A DNA stretch of 64,000 bases, taken from positions 81,344,001 through 81,408,000 of the forward strand of contig OX597814.1 in the NCBI GenBank assembly GCA_951406725.2, in the 5' to 3' direction. The notes under the pieces are model-generated. The model made no database searches. It was not told the DNA's origin and was given only the letters and a program-made list of their open reading frames with translations. The position numbers and the translations under genes were made by a program. Positions 25,756 through 40,189 of the stretch are shown here, piece by piece. The stretch's first letter is position 1. Each line of letters starts with the position of its first letter. This DNA is from Octopus vulgaris (Eukaryota).

Positions 25756-27485
25756 ATGTGTGTGTGTGTGGAATGTACATAGTTGAGCACCTAACACTCT
25801 TGAAGCCAAGGTTGTTAAGTTTTGGGTTCACTCCTGGAACAAGTAGCCTGTTGTCTTTGAGTAAGTTGCTTCATTTCACATTGTCTTTGCACTACCCACA
25901 CGTCCTTCTATATAATTTTTCTCTTTTTCTTCCTATCTACCTCTCTTACCTGATTCTCCTCCACCTTGCCCATCACATCTTTTGTCACTCTTTTACTCTC
26001 TCCCATATTGCACACCCTCTTTCCCTATTTTACCTACATACTACTGTCTCTCTTGTACATGAACTCTTCAACCACCATAAAAGGAATCATGCACTTCCTT
26101 TCAGGGGCAGAGAACAGATCTCAAACACCAACTCATCCAACACTAGAAACTCACTGCCACAATTATCAATGTTGGTACAATTTAAAGTAGATCTGGTGAG
26201 ATTACGGAAGTACTATGAATTGGAGACAACTTGATGTGTGGTGTATGCGAGAGGCGGCAGAATATAGATGACTGAGGATTGCAGAAACAATTTTAAACTG
26301 GGTTAATATGGAGAAAGGATATTAAAACAGGGACGAAAGTAACAACAATTCAAATGATAAAAGTGCCAACAATAATGATGGTGATGATAATTGTGTTGGT
26401 TGTGGTGGTGGTGACGGCAACGGTGCATATTCTTATAAATACTTTTTTTTCTTTTCAGTGTTTTATATTTTCAGTGCTTTATATTTTCAGTGGTTCTTTT
26501 CATTGAAGTATTTCTTTTAACATTTGGATACCCTTTTATATTGTTAAGGATACAAAGAAAGAAAACCAAAACCTTGTTTGCAATGAGGTGGAGGTTAATG
26601 TAAAGTTAACCGGTATCTAATTGGTCTAACAGGTTACCCAGTTTAACAACATCATCTAGTTATTCTTTATCAGAGGTTCTCAGCTTGGGTTCATATAACA
26701 TTTAGATGTTAAAAATTGTGCAATAAATTGGTTGTATTTCTACAATACACAAGATATTTTACCATTTTTTTTGGTACAATTCCTAATAGTATTTAATTAT
26801 AAAAATATAATGGGACTTTTCAAAACATCGAATGGCTTTGGAACTCCAGGAGAGTAAAATAGGAATCAAAGGAGTCCACAAACAAAAAAAAATGATTAAA
26901 AGCCACTGTTCCATAACTTTACTGTTTGTGAGTAGGCCTTGAAGGAGCATGTACACAGGTAATCTCCAATGTGATATGCTAATTCTAAGTCTTGTGGCAA
27001 ATAAAAAATCAATTCTAAGTCTATGCGACTCAGTGCCAATTCTGTTCCACACGAGACTGAACAGATTTCAATCGAGCATTATGCAATATCAGACGCGCTG
27101 AATGTCCACTATCAATATATCCCATAACAGACATTTTTTTCGTATTGTCATATGAAAAATAAAAGTTACTCTGTCCGTTAGTAGCTAGCCTTCAGTTTCT
27201 TGTATCAAGCCTAAAGGTTCAAGAATTGATGGAATATTAATGCGACTTACTATAGATAAAATGCAAATCTAAGATAATGGATAAAATGGACATACAATAG
27301 CAAATCGGCTTAATGTAATAAACAACCATAAAGATATGCCTTTACATAATCAATACTTCTCTGACTCTAACCTAAATATTGTCATGTATCTTGAATATTA
27401 ACTCAGGTCAATCAGAAATTTATGGGGAAAGACACAAAGAGAAACGTTGAATAATGGGTATCAACGATGTGTGTGTGTATGTGTA

Positions 27486-27522
<37 letters not shown>

Positions 27523-30500
27523 ACTGACGCATCTACGTATGTATACTTGCAAGCACGCACACGCACAAAGGTGGGAGAGAGAGAGAGAGCGTATGTGTGT
27601 ATGTCTTAGAATATGTTACGAATGTACACGCGACGAGAAAATTCTTAACCACAACCCACAGAATTTAGTTCAGATTGCGACGTGTTTCGTGATTATAGAG
27701 AGTCCAAAGTTAATTTTGTGGTTGAAAAATAACTTAGTTGTCTATCTACTAAACTGGTCAGTGAAATATCTCAGTGTTTGAAACATTTCAAAATTGAAAC
27801 GCAACATTTTTCTCTTTGAGCAAACTTATTTGTGTATTTACATAATGTATTAATAATAAACAGAATATGACGTCATAATGAAATATTTCTCTGTCTTAAA
27901 TACCTAGATTCAAGAATGTTTAGACAAAATAATATTCTGGTCATTAGAACGTAATTCATCATCATTTGGTGCCCCCACCCCGCCAACTGAGACAGACCAT
28001 TATTGTACAGGTCTCGTAACTCGTATCCTGAATCGGTAGTAATATAAACGTAGCTATTTACATGTGTACAAAAGTATGTGGTGTGAGAAAGAGAGTGTAT
28101 GTGTGTTACTGCATGTTTTTCTTTGGGTGTGTATATGTCTGACATAACCAAAGTTACTTTGATGAACATGGATATAATGCACAAGACATAGTCAATGTAA
28201 TTCCAGTGTTGGTGTCTTGCAAACCGTGGAAAATATGAAATATAAACAAAGCCGAACTTTAGAAAATGTATTATTATTGTCATAAAAGAAACATTTAAAA
28301 GAAGAAAATCTTCCGCATCTTTCTCTTTGAGCAAACTATATTTGTCTATTTAAATGATATATCAATATTGAATAGAATGCTAATTACATAACGTCATAAC
28401 GGAATACCTCTCCGTCTGGAAGGATAAGATTCGAGTTATTTCAGATATACAAACTGTTTTAGTTGTTCGACCGAAAATTGTCTTCATCATTTGCCGACCC
28501 CAGCCGAGATAGACCTTACAACTCCTCCCCAAAGCTTACGATCTTTCATCATCACACCAAGGTCACTCATCCAAATCTCTGATATATATAAATAACAGAG
28601 ATCCCGACTTTTCCAAAAGATACCTAACTGAGATTTCCAAAGGTCAAATGATGACGCAAGATCATTACTTGCTCTATCGATGTTGCCTCACAATAATTTC
28701 AAAATGCTTGGAAATTCACGTATGCGGAAGGTCTGAAATTTGTTAGAGATGAGAAGCGTTTGAGATTAAATAAAATGGTTCCCTTGTGTATAAATGAAAC
28801 AAAGCAAGACAAATAAAACAGCTACAGCTCATAGCCGAAGCCAGTGATTTCTAGTCATGAGCCAGGATAGAGAGGGAGCTCCTATAAATTTAATTGCCAG
28901 ATGTACGGTCACCAGGACAAAATACTCATGTCATTTTTTAAAACCATACTACAGTTTATTACAATGTATTATCTAGCTTATGCAACTGGGATAAAATAGT
29001 CACATAGAAATATAGGCATTCGGGAAAAGCCTATTCTTGATACACACTAGCTTCTTGCTATATTCCTAGTAAATATATGTATGAAAGGCCGGGCGGGCGG
29101 GCGGATGGATGGATGGATGGATATCTGTTAGACTAGTCTTCTTTTTTATTTCCTGTTCTGTTGGATTTCAAGAAACGCTTACCAAGCTAGCCGAGTAGTC
29201 ACCGGTTTACTCCCAACGTTCTGACCGTGTCAAAATTTACTGGATTGCATCTTACTATTAGCACTCACAGATGATCCGATATGTAAACAGAGGAACTTAG
29301 CATACTTCAGTTGACAATCTAGTCAATAGTAGGCAGATACTTAGAAATACTCAAGTTGGTGAACGGGTTTGCTGTAAGTCGAGCGTAAGTGATGAGTAGA
29401 TTTGTGTTCTTTGCCCTATGAGGAATGCATCTAGATAGCCACTTCGAATAAAAGCCTGGTAGGTAAAATCAATATCATCTTCGATTTGCAAACATTGGAA
29501 ATCCTAATGATGTTAGCATTTCTTTGTTTTTGATAATTTTTTCGTATGAACAAGTAAGACAATGTGGTGCCGAACAAACCATATTTTATTTTTAATATTG
29601 ATGTTTTAGACTTAATCTATCCACAGGTGTTGCTTGTTAACATAAGACTTTTCGTCGTTCTTGATTCCTCTTACCATTCCTAAATCTTAAGTCTTCTCTT
29701 CGCCCTCTCTGCACTCTTTCCCAGTAACCTCTCTATATTATTCTATGATTTCTGTCCGTCTTGACATATCAAAATCCGGTTCGATAATAAAATAATTAAA
29801 GAAGCATTTAATCTTATATAGGGGAAAACCCTTATCCAAAATATATCGTTACATACATTTTACAAAGTAACCAACATTTTGCAAAGAAATTGAGGAATAC
29901 GGTTATTAATGTTGGCATATTATCAATAGTTCGAAAAACTTCGAATCGAAACAAAGCCTTAGCACATATTTTACGAAGTTTAGGATATTATATAGTTCTA
30001 TTTTATTATTATTATTATTATTATTCTACTGTCTTTTGCAAAAGTTAGTTATTGTTTATCTGATGCAAAGCATTGCCAAATGTTTTATTGTCTGTGTGTA
30101 TTTAAGTATGTGTAGTTGTATATATTTTCTATGGTGAGCATTCACGTTTGTTTGTGAACCTATGTGATTGGTGTTTGCATGTCTGCTAACATAACGTCCA
30201 GCTTTTTTTTTCTTTTATTGTTAGAGTTACTCCCCTTAACGCTACACCATTTTTATGAGTGTAGGAATGCTGTTAGAAAGATGCTAACTTCATGATGTTA
30301 TAACGCAATATTTTTGTTTGAGAAGACTAGACTTCAGTCAATTTGGTTATAGAAATATTTTAATGACCAGAACAAAATTCATAATCATCACTTGTGAACA
30401 CCAGTCAAAACATATCTCACAACTCCTCCCTACAGCTCCACCGTTCTTCATTCCCATACAAAGGTTTCATATATTATCTTCATGACTACAAGAAAGTCTC

Positions 30501-30811
30501 ATACTCGGATTTCATGCAATGATATCTAGTCACCTGATTTTTTTTTTTTTTTTTTTTCGAACCAACTCCCTGACCGAGTTCTCTGAAAGACAGGTATAAT
30601 TGATAGATTTTTTTTTGCCTTGTAAATTCTCCTCTACGAGATGCCTAAAGTCTCACGAAATGCTTTATACACGAGATATGAAATATTTATAAGATATGAA
30701 TGAATAACTGGAAGGGATGAATGGTATATGAAATTAATATCAATATTCCATTATGGGGAAATTAAAATATAATAGCTACAGCCTGAAGTGATTCCCTATA
30801 AAGAGTCATAA

Positions 30812-31062
30812 TGTAGTGAAGGATTCGTGACAGACGAACTGTAGACAGATACTTCACTGCGGACTAGCTAGGAAGTTGGTCAGCAGGAAGAAAAAGGATT
30901 TCCGACTGGAGAACGAAAACAGAAGAATGTCTGCAGCGAGCGTGGAACGAATCTGAGTGAACTGTACAAAAATAAGCCCTATTGTACATAAAGTAATAAA
31001 CCTTTGGTAAATGTATTCTCGTCTCCGCTAGTTTGTTTGTGTATAGCTTAACAAAGCTATAA
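30812..31062 (+). mobile_element. Solo LTR (Gypsy), same family as the LTR at 56135
   Basis: Starts TGTAG; contains AATAAA; high similarity to 56135-56283, which is followed by a PBS and gag. Confidence 0.75.
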
Positions 31063-31563
31063 TAGCTCATTTTTTAAGGACCACATGGAAAATTAAATTA
31101 TTTGGGTTTCCGTCCAAGTTTCTGAGGGAGATACTAATAAATTCAACTTTCGGATGTTCATTCTCTGGTTGTCGTTCCTGATTCTCTTCTCTATTCCTAA
31201 TTCTTACTTTTTATCATTGTACAATTTTACCAAAGGCCCCGTGACCAGTCATAATGAAATTAAGTATCATTTGATGTTATATAATTAGCAAAACATCGTA
31301 TCAAGGATTAACCGTTAAATCGTTATTTATATTTTACGAATAAGGTTAGGAAGAGTTTATTAATATATAAATAGTTGGGGAAATTCCATATTCTGTATAT
31401 GTCGTTTCATATATTTTGAATACAAAAATTACTAATATGGAAAATAGTAAATATCATATGGGCTTATTTTTCTGTTATTCATTTCTCTTTTGCTAGAGTT
31501 AGTTCTTGTTTACATGTTACTAAATGTTACAATACATTTTTAAAGTATGGGTATATATATATT

Positions 31564-32463
31564 TGTAGAGCGACCGTACGGAAAGGAGATAGTGACGAAT
31601 GTCTCCTTTTTGAACGCCGCACGGTCGCCTTACAAAAGAAGTCAAAATAAGTACCAAAAGGAATAAAGAGAGAAACACAACCGTATAATGTAAGAGAGAA
31701 AAGGTTTTACTTCGATGTGTTCGTGTCTTAAGAGTGTGTGTACGTGTGTGCGCTATAAGTGTGTACAAACAAAGGTGTATGCGCGCTAGGAATAGATCAG
31801 ACAAGATGTAAATAAATACCAGTTCGTAAGATACACAATAGTTAGTTCTGTAACAAGAGGTTGGTGGTCACAAGGCAGATGCCGGTTGAACACATGTCGT
31901 GTAGCGGTTGTGGTTTCAATGCTGTGCCGAGTTACTTGGTACAGGAAGTTCTCGCAGGTAGAGCTAAGCTGTTAACCTTGGTGAGTATTCACAAACAGCG
32001 TGAAGTTTAAAACCTGGTCGATGTTGCTGTTGATGTGTGCGTAGACGTTATTGGTAGTTTCGGTAAGCTGAAAGGTGACGGTGGTGGAAGGCGACATTAC
32101 GGTGAAGGCAACGGTGGTGAAAGATCCTGAAATGCTGCGGTGGTGTTGGTGTCGTCGCTGTCTGTCGCTGGAACATGGCTGAGTCGCTGTAACTGGCTGT
32201 CTGCTCTGTGGTCAGAGGTTAGTCCTAAGAAGGACTAGAACCAAAGACGAATAATGGTTTGTCGTGACTAGCTATTAAAGGGTTTAGGTGGCTCAAACAA
32301 GGCATTAGAAAAACAGTGTAACGGGACCTTATCAGAAGGTTGCGATTGGTTGGTTTACACATCGGCGCGAAATAAAGCAAGAGACAAAACTGTACCAAAA
32401 GCAACCAATCAGAGCAGCGGACACAACTGGTCCTAAGCACCGAAGGATAGCTGTTATCTAACA
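31564..32463 (-). mobile_element. Probable ~900-bp solo LTR, related to 48948-49900
   Basis: TGTAG...TAACA termini; colinear similarity to the second copy over its whole length; no clear TSD. Confidence 0.55.
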
Positions 32464-33211
32464 TGTCCTTATTTTTATGATGTCTCTGAAAGAGGGATAA
32501 TGTATTTCAGTAAACACTACATATTCATGTAAGTTTGTGTAGTTGTGTTTGATGTTGTAAGCATTCCCTATGTGAGTGTATTTATGTATAAGTGTTTGTG
32601 CATGTGGTATATGTGAGTGCTTGTGTATGCGTTTGTGTGTATTCATTTATGTATGTTCTTATACCTAGGTATACACCAGGAAAATATCCTAACTGGATAT
32701 TTCACAAAATTTAGTTATGATTCCGTGGTGTTTCGAGATTATGGAACGTGTGAATTAAATAGTGCGTTTGCTGTGGTTAGCATTCGCCAATGTTTGTAAG
32801 TGTATTTATATACAGGAGTGTGCATTTCTGATATGGGGAAGGAGTGTGTGTGTGTGTGTGTGGCAGGGGTTTACGTTCCTGTACATATGTATACCTAAAG
32901 AAAATGTCCTGGTCCGGTTGTCACACAATTTGCATAATTTTTTATTTCCGGGATATAGAACACTTGTATCTTATTTAGTTATTGTAGACACCCTGCAATG
33001 TCCATTTACCATACTGGTCGATGAAATATCTCAAATGTTGCCTGATATTTAATATACATTACAGTAATTCTTATGTTGGTGATTGATCAAGCTTTCAAGT
33101 TATGAAAGATGAACCAAGAAATTTCAGTAACAAAAATGTGACCATTATTACGTCATAATAGAAACATTTCAAAAGCGACAACCCTCGACATCTTTCTCTT
33201 TACGTAAAACC

Positions 33212-33330
<119 letters not shown>

Positions 33331-33574
33331 CAAAGAAAACAATGAACCTCCGATCTTTAAATCTCTCTTGGGAAAACTCACGAAAGGACATCTGTGAAAT
33401 TTTTAACTAGTTACTTCTCAATACTACTAACCTGTCCACACCCGATCAATTATATGTTACCCACACTAGAGTAGGGAATTCGTCAGACGTAAAGATTTTT
33501 GCTGGTCGAAGTCAATTTACTCTACCAACAGAATTTCAGGAATTGAAATGAAAAATGCTAAATTCACTAAAAAT

Positions 33575-33781
33575 GTTGGTTTCCAATTGTGACACAAGGG
33601 CAGCAAGTTTGAGGGGGGAGCTTAGTTAATTAAATCGTCCCCAGTGTTCAACTGGTACTTACCTTATTGGGCCCGAAAGGAAAAGTCAACCACTATGGAA
33701 TTTGAACTCAGAACGTAAAGACGGACGAAACACGATTAAGTATTGTGCTCAGAGTGTTAACTATTCTGCCAGCTCGCCGCC
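33575..33781 (-). mobile_element. Family A SINE
   Basis: Minus strand ggcggcgagctggcagaatagttaac... Confidence 0.8.
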
Positions 33782-34302
33782 ATTAATATACACTGACAGT
33801 ATTATAAATACAAACATTGTTTGCTTGTCAGAATGTCTACTATTAAATAACTAAGAGTTAATATGTATTTTGATTTATTAAATGTTTCCTTTATTTCAAT
33901 ATTGTTTTACATTCTTTTACTAAATTTTTCGTTGATTGTATGCCCATATTTCAATGAAACAAAGCATCATTTATTCCGGGTATAAAACAAGTCATGCACT
34001 AGTACAATAAAACATGTCATATTGAATTGTCTTTTCCATAAGTTAATTTTGTTTTTATGTTGCTAAGCATTTGCTAAACGTTCTAATGTAAGTATTCATG
34101 TGTGCGTACGTGTCTTTGTTGCTGTGAATGTTCACTCGTAAATGTGAGAGTATTTATGTGTCGTGATGAGCGTGATTGTACATTTGTGTGTGTGTGTGTG
34201 TGTATACGTGCGAAAGCGCACGTGAAAGAGCAACCAACGGCTACTTCATAACTCGTCGAGTTATTTCCCTTAGCTGTACGCATTTTTACGAATCTTTTAC
34301 CT

Positions 34303-34688
34303 CCTTAAGTCATTAGACTGCAGCCATGCTTGGGTACCACCTTGGTGGACTTTTAGTCGAATGAATCGATCTCAGTACTTATTCTATTTTTAAGCCTGGT
34401 ACTTACTCAATCGGACTGTTTTACCGAACCGTTAAGTTACGGGGACGTAAGCATCGCAACATCGGTTGTCAAGCGGTGTTGGTGGGGACAAACACAGGTA
34501 CAAAGACATTCACACACACATATAGCACGTGCTTCTTTAAGTTTCCGCCTACGAAATCCACTCATAAGGCTTTGGTTGGAACCGGAGGTTATAGTAGAAG
34601 GCACTTACCCAAAGTGTCACGCAGTGAGACTGAATCTGGAACCATGTAGTTGGGAAGCAAGTTTCTTGACACACAGCCACGCCCTGCG
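34303..34688 (-). mobile_element. Family B SINE, near full length, CpG retained
   Basis: Head and tail motifs. Confidence 0.85.
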
Positions 34689-34853
34689 TCTCTATTAAAT
34701 TGTTGATGTTGATCGCATGAAGTCCTGACAATATTTCCCCATCTGAACAGGCTAGGTTCTAGTTTATTTCAAACAAGAATATATTTTAATCGTCATCATA
34801 AATTCCCTGAACCAAATTTCTGTCAGTGAAAGCACATTTGACTATTCATTCTA

Positions 34854-36099
34854 TTAGGTCGTCAAGTATGAAATTTGTATTAAGGTATATGGTAAACTTT
34901 GACAGCTGCTCATTTTGCGCCATTATTATTTTTTGACAATTTTTTTTAGAAAGCTGACACTTCTATTTCTTTATTCTAACTCATTTTGTGCTTTGTAAAG
35001 TATTCATAAATCATCCTTTGCTATTTTTGTTTAGAGATGGATAAGTCGGGAATTCGTACAGTTTTGAAATATGAGTTCTTTCTTGGAAATACAGCATCAC
35101 AGACAGCTCAGAATATTAATGGAGTATTTCATTCTAATGTTACACAGCAGACAGTATCAAATTGGTTTGCAAAATTTCGTTCTGGTAACTTTGACCTCAC
35201 AAATGAGTTACGCGGTCGACCAGAAGCAAAGGAGGATAATGACGAACTGAAAGCCACCGCCGTCAGATCCATCTCAAAGTGCCCGTGAATTATCGTTGTT
35301 GTTTGGATGTTAGCAAGCAAACAATATTGACTCATCTAGTTCAAATTTGTAAAGTGAAAAAGTTGCATATAAGTGGGTTCCACATGAGCTCAATGAAAAT
35401 CAGAAATAGCAACGTTTGGAAGCCTGCATTAAGCTACTTTCTCGTCACAAAAATGAATCATCTTTTAATCGAATTGTAACATGTGATGAGAAATGGGTCC
35501 AATACAATAACCATAAACGCTCAGCACAGTCCAAAAAGCAAAATTCAACAAAAGAAGCTGACGGTGTGTGTTTGATGGTCTGGTGCAGGTGTCATCCATC
35601 ATGATTTCGTTAAACCTAGCTCATCAATCTCGGCCAAAGTATACTGCTGCTAATTGGAACAAATGATGTAGAGACTTACAAAATAACAGCCCAGATTAGT
35701 CAACAGATCCATTCCTATGTTGTTGCAAGACAACGCCAGACCACACCTCGCAAAAATGACATTGGCGAAACTACAGGAGTTGGAGTTGGAAGTTCTCCAT
35801 CATCCATCATACTCACCTAATCTTGCACCCACTGACTACCACTTCTTCCAGAATTTGGATAACTTTTTGATAGGAAAAAAATTTAATTCCGACGATGCTG
35901 TAAAACAGGCCTTCCAAGGTTTTATTGACTCTAGATTGCCAGGCTTTTACAGTTCCAGGTAGGACAAGCTACTGCTGAAATGGCAAAAGTGTATTGACAA
36001 TATGGGTGCATACTTTGAAGAATAAAACTATTCCTTGTATTTATAAAACATTAGCAAACCTTTTCTCCTTTTTTACAAGTTTCATGCTTGACGAACTAT
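34854..36099 (+). mobile_element. Full-length decayed mariner (DD34D) DNA transposon
   Basis: TA flanks; 26-bp TIRs ttaggtcgtcaagtatgaaatttgta / tacaagtttcatgcttgacgaactat (4 mismatches); 1246 bp. Confidence 0.92.
35037..36025 (+). pseudogene. Mariner transposase pseudogene
   Basis: HTH (WFAKFRSGNFDL), WVPHEL, TCDEKW, QDNARPH and HPSYSPNLAPTDYHFF motifs; several frameshifts and stops. Confidence 0.92.
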
Positions 36100-36129
36100 T
36101 ATACATGAACATTCAAATTTTTAAAAAAA

Positions 36130-37240
36130 CAATTGCTCACTTCTGGAAATTCTACGGCCCATATATATGATAAAGCGTCAGCCATAAACATTTCCCCATT
36201 CGATAATGATATCCTTTCATTTCATTCATGATGCTTTCAGCTATCTCTTGCTGTTTATATAAAAGTATTGCATTGAGTTTAGACAGACTACTTTGCCATA
36301 TCTGGTAACTTATCTTTGCGGTTTTGGCAGTAGTTTCACCGTGTTATTGATGGGGGCGTAATGGCCCAGTGGTTAAGGCAGCGGACTCGCGGTCGAAGGA
36401 TTGCAGTTTCGATTCCCAGACAGGGCGTTCTGTGTCTTTATTGAGCGAAAACATCTAAAGCTCCACGAGGCTCCGGCAGGGGGTGGTGGTGGCGATCCCT
36501 GTTGTACTCTTTCGCCCCAACTTTCTCTCACTCTTTCTTCCTGCTTCTTGAGAAACGCTGCGATGGACTGGCGTCCCGTCCAACTGGAGGGGGGGATACA
36601 TACAACATAGGAACCGGGAAACCGGGCCCGTGAGCTTGGCTAGGCTTGAAAAGGGCGAAAGAAGAACCGTGCTATTGCAGAGCACTACGATAAGGATAAG
36701 TTGCATTCATTGCTCCAATACTAAATGGCATCTCGTGATTATTTGCTACTATTTTTCGTACTGTTGCATGATAACGCGCCTTTTCTAAACATCCTTGTCT
36801 CTCCTCTTCATTCATATTTCCTCTCTAAGCCTGAAATGTGTTCTACGTTTGCTCTCAGCATTCTTGTCTATTCTCCTCGGTAATGTTTTCTCTTCTCCCT
36901 TGTTCTCTTATTCTTACTTGTGCTAAGTATTCTTGCCTATCATCATCGTTCATATTTGGCTTTCTTTCTTGGTTAGCATTTCTCACTCTTTCCTTAATTG
37001 GCCTCAGCCTCCTCATTCATCATACGATACATTTTAGCTGCATTTCTAGTATGAAGTTTGTTCTTTTCTTCCATAGGTGATATTTCTCATAGTTCTTGAT
37101 TCATCGCTGTATTCCTAATTCCTATATTTTTGTCCTCTCCGCAATCTGTCTTTGTGCCTTCACATCTTCATTCAGTTCTCTTGCTCTCTTGCAGTATTCT
37201 TGTTACCCATAACACACCAAACTCTGTTTCGGTAATAAAA
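36130..37240 (-). pseudogene. Degenerate Helitron RepHel N-terminal remnant (charged repeats plus decayed Zn-finger)
   Basis: Minus strand: NMNDDDRQEYLAQVRIREQGRRENITEENRQE...NMNEEERQGCLEK...FSIGAMNATYPYRSALQ*HGET, resembling the IGxMxxxCxxCxALxxxxET motif; split by a SINE. Confidence 0.6.
36350..36665 (+). mobile_element. tRNA-derived V-domain SINE with 12-bp TSD
   Basis: tggcccagtggttaag (A box), gtttcgattccc (B box), gcgatggactggcgtcccgtcca (V-like); TSD accgtgttattg/accgtgctattg. Confidence 0.85.
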
Positions 37241-37276
37241 CATTGAACAAGTAGTTAATATAATATGGCTAGTATT

Positions 37277-37459
37277 GGGGGCGGCAAAATGTTTAGCAGC
37301 ATTCGTCCGTCATTACATTGAATTCAAATACCGCTGAGGTTGACTTTGTCTTTCAATCTTTCGGGGTCGATAAAATAAGGACCAGCTGAGCATTGGCGTC
37401 AATCTGATCGACATATCCCCTTCCCCGAAACTTCTTGCATTATGCCAAAATTTGAGACC
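37277..37459 (+). mobile_element. Family A SINE, 5'-truncated, with TSD
   Basis: Family A motifs; flanks aatataatatggctagtat / aatattatatggctggtat. Confidence 0.8.
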
Positions 37460-38069
37460 AATATTATATGGCTGGTATCCAGGTTATAATTGGGAATTTT
37501 TCCGTAAACATTTAGGAAGAGTTGCTAATATATAGAAAGTTGGAAAATTTCTTTTATTTTGCTTTTTTCCTCTTTTTTCACAACTGTTACTTCTTGTTTA
37601 TATGTAACTAAGCGTTGCAAAACATTTCAAAGTATGTGCATGTATTCATAAAAGTCTGTACAGTTTGCTGTGGTGAGCGTTCACTTATGTATATATACAT
37701 TTATTCGTGTGTATGTATGTATGCATGTGTCTGTGTGTGCGTTTGTATGTTGTGTGTGTATCTAGACTCACTTCGATATCGATCTACCATATTAGTGAAA
37801 AATGTAAAGTTGTTGCCAGGGGTTTAATCCATGCAATTTTATTGGTGATATTTGATTAAGCATTGAAGATATGAAAGATGAACGAGCAAATTTGAATTAT
37901 AAAAATGTGACCGTTTATTTCGTCATAACAAACACAACAAACTCGATATCTTCTCTCCAAGTAGAAGACATAATCGTTAAAATTCAATCGCCCGTATTTG
38001 AGACAAAGTGTAAGCCTTAAGGCTAGAGAAACGAGCTTACCTGCCATTTTGACAACACTTTCAAGCTTC

Positions 38070-38640
38070 ACTGCCGATCCGCAGAGCACCACGATAATGA
38101 TGTGTTATTTTCGTTGCTGCAATACTAAAAGGCACCTCGTGATTATTTGCTTATTTTTCGTACTCTTGCGTGATAATGCGCCATTTCTTAATATCCTTGT
38201 GTATCCTCTTCAGATTTTCGTCTCGAAGCCCGAAATCTGCCCCATATCTGTTCTTGGTATTCTAGTCTATTTTCTTCGTTAATGTTTTAGCTTTTAGCCT
38301 GTTCTCTCATTCTTGTTTGTGCTTTCCTAACATCTCTGTTCATATTCTGCATCCTTTCTTGGTTGGCAAAACACATTTTTTTTTTCATATTAGCTTCAGC
38401 TTCCTCATTCATCAAACAGCATATTCTAGTTGCATTTCTTACATATATTTTCTTCTCCTCTTCAATTAGAGCACATATATTTTCTTCTTCTCCTCTTCAA
38501 TTAGAGCTTCTCGTCGTCTCATTCCTAAAATAACTACCAGATGAGCACTATTTCCCTGTATCATCGCTGCCTCTTTCGATTCAATATTTGCTGCAATACG
38601 ATCATTATCCCCCATCAGACACCTAACTCTGGGTCGATAA
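38070..38640 (-). pseudogene. Second copy of the Helitron N-terminal remnant
   Basis: Colinear with 36680-37240. Confidence 0.55.
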
Positions 38641-38686
38641 TAAAATACATACGAAGCGACGATTGATGTTATTTCGTTGGTAAAAA

Positions 38687-39082
38687 GGCGGCGAGCTGGC
38701 AGAACCGTTAGTACACCGGCCGAAATGCTTAGCGGTATTTCGTCTGCCGCTACGTTCTGAGTTCAAATTCCGCCAAGGTCGACTTTGCCTTTCATCCTTT
38801 CGGGGTCGATTAAATAAGTATCAGTTACGCACTGGGGTCGATGTAATCGACTTAATCCGTTTGTCTGTCCTTGTTTGTCCCCTCTGTGTTTAGCCCCTTG
38901 TGGATAGTAAAGAAATCGGTATTTCGTCTGCTGCTGCGTTCTGAGTTCAGATTCCGCCGAGGTCGACTTTATCTTTCATCCTTTCGGGGTCGATAAATTA
39001 AGTACCAGTTGCGTACTAGAGTCGATCTAATAGACTGGTCCCCTCCCCCAAAATTTCGGGCCTTGTACCTATAGTAGAAAGG
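38687..39082 (+). mobile_element. Family A SINE with an internally duplicated body, and TSD
   Basis: cggtatttcgtctg...gtaccagtt occurs twice; TSD gttatttcgttggtaaaaa / gttatttagttggtaaaaa. Confidence 0.88.
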
Positions 39083-39789
39083 GTTATTTAGTTGGTAAAA
39101 ACCGTATTCAGGATATAACGTTAGACGTATTTTACAAAGCAAGTTAGGAAGAGTTAATTAATATATAGGTTGTTGGAAAAACTTCATTAGAAATTTGAAA
39201 TCTAAAATGAAAAATGTTCGTGTCATGTGAGTTCTTTTTTTTTTTGTATTGTTATCATTTTTATTTTTCATTTCTCTTTTGCTAGAATTCATTTTTGTTT
39301 ATATGTTATTTAGCAATGCAAAACATTTTAAAGTGTGTATATACACATGTAAGTCTGTGTAGTTGTATTTGCACTTATGTATGTGAGTCTAATTCTGTAC
39401 AACTGTTGTGTGAATGTTTGTGTATTATGTGTGCGTATATGCTTGTGTGTGATTGTATGCGTTTGTTTGTATGTTGTGTCTGTATGTGTCTGTGTATTTG
39501 TTTATATATGTTCGTACATGATCTTTTACATCTCTTTTCGCAAGAATATATCTTCACCATTACGAAAATGTAATCATCTACTACATATAACAGAAACATT
39601 TCATAAGCGACAAGCATCAACAAATTTCTCTTTCCATAAAATACTTTTGAATATTTGCATATACATATGTACATGAGTACATGTATGTATATGTATGTGT
39701 ATGCGTATATATGTACGTGTATATGAATGTAAGCATATGTATCATCATCATTGTCATCGTCATTTAACATTCGCTTTTCCATGCTGCAT

Positions 39790-39973
<184 letters not shown>

Positions 39974-40189
39974 CCACTACACATACTTTCAGTATCTGTC
40001 AACCAAATCCTAGAAGACGCTTGCCCAATGTATCACGCAGTGGAACTGAACTCAGAACCATGTGATCGGAAAGCAAGCTTCCTACCACACAGCCACGCCT
40101 GCGCCTTATATGACTATTACAATAAATAAATATTACGAAATGAATATTACAAAAAAAAAATAATAAATAGATAACAGACACAAAAGAAA

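Noticed and set aside
36352-36425. tRNA-like sequence
   Set aside because: It is the head of a TSD-flanked SINE and has no complete cloverleaf or acceptor stem
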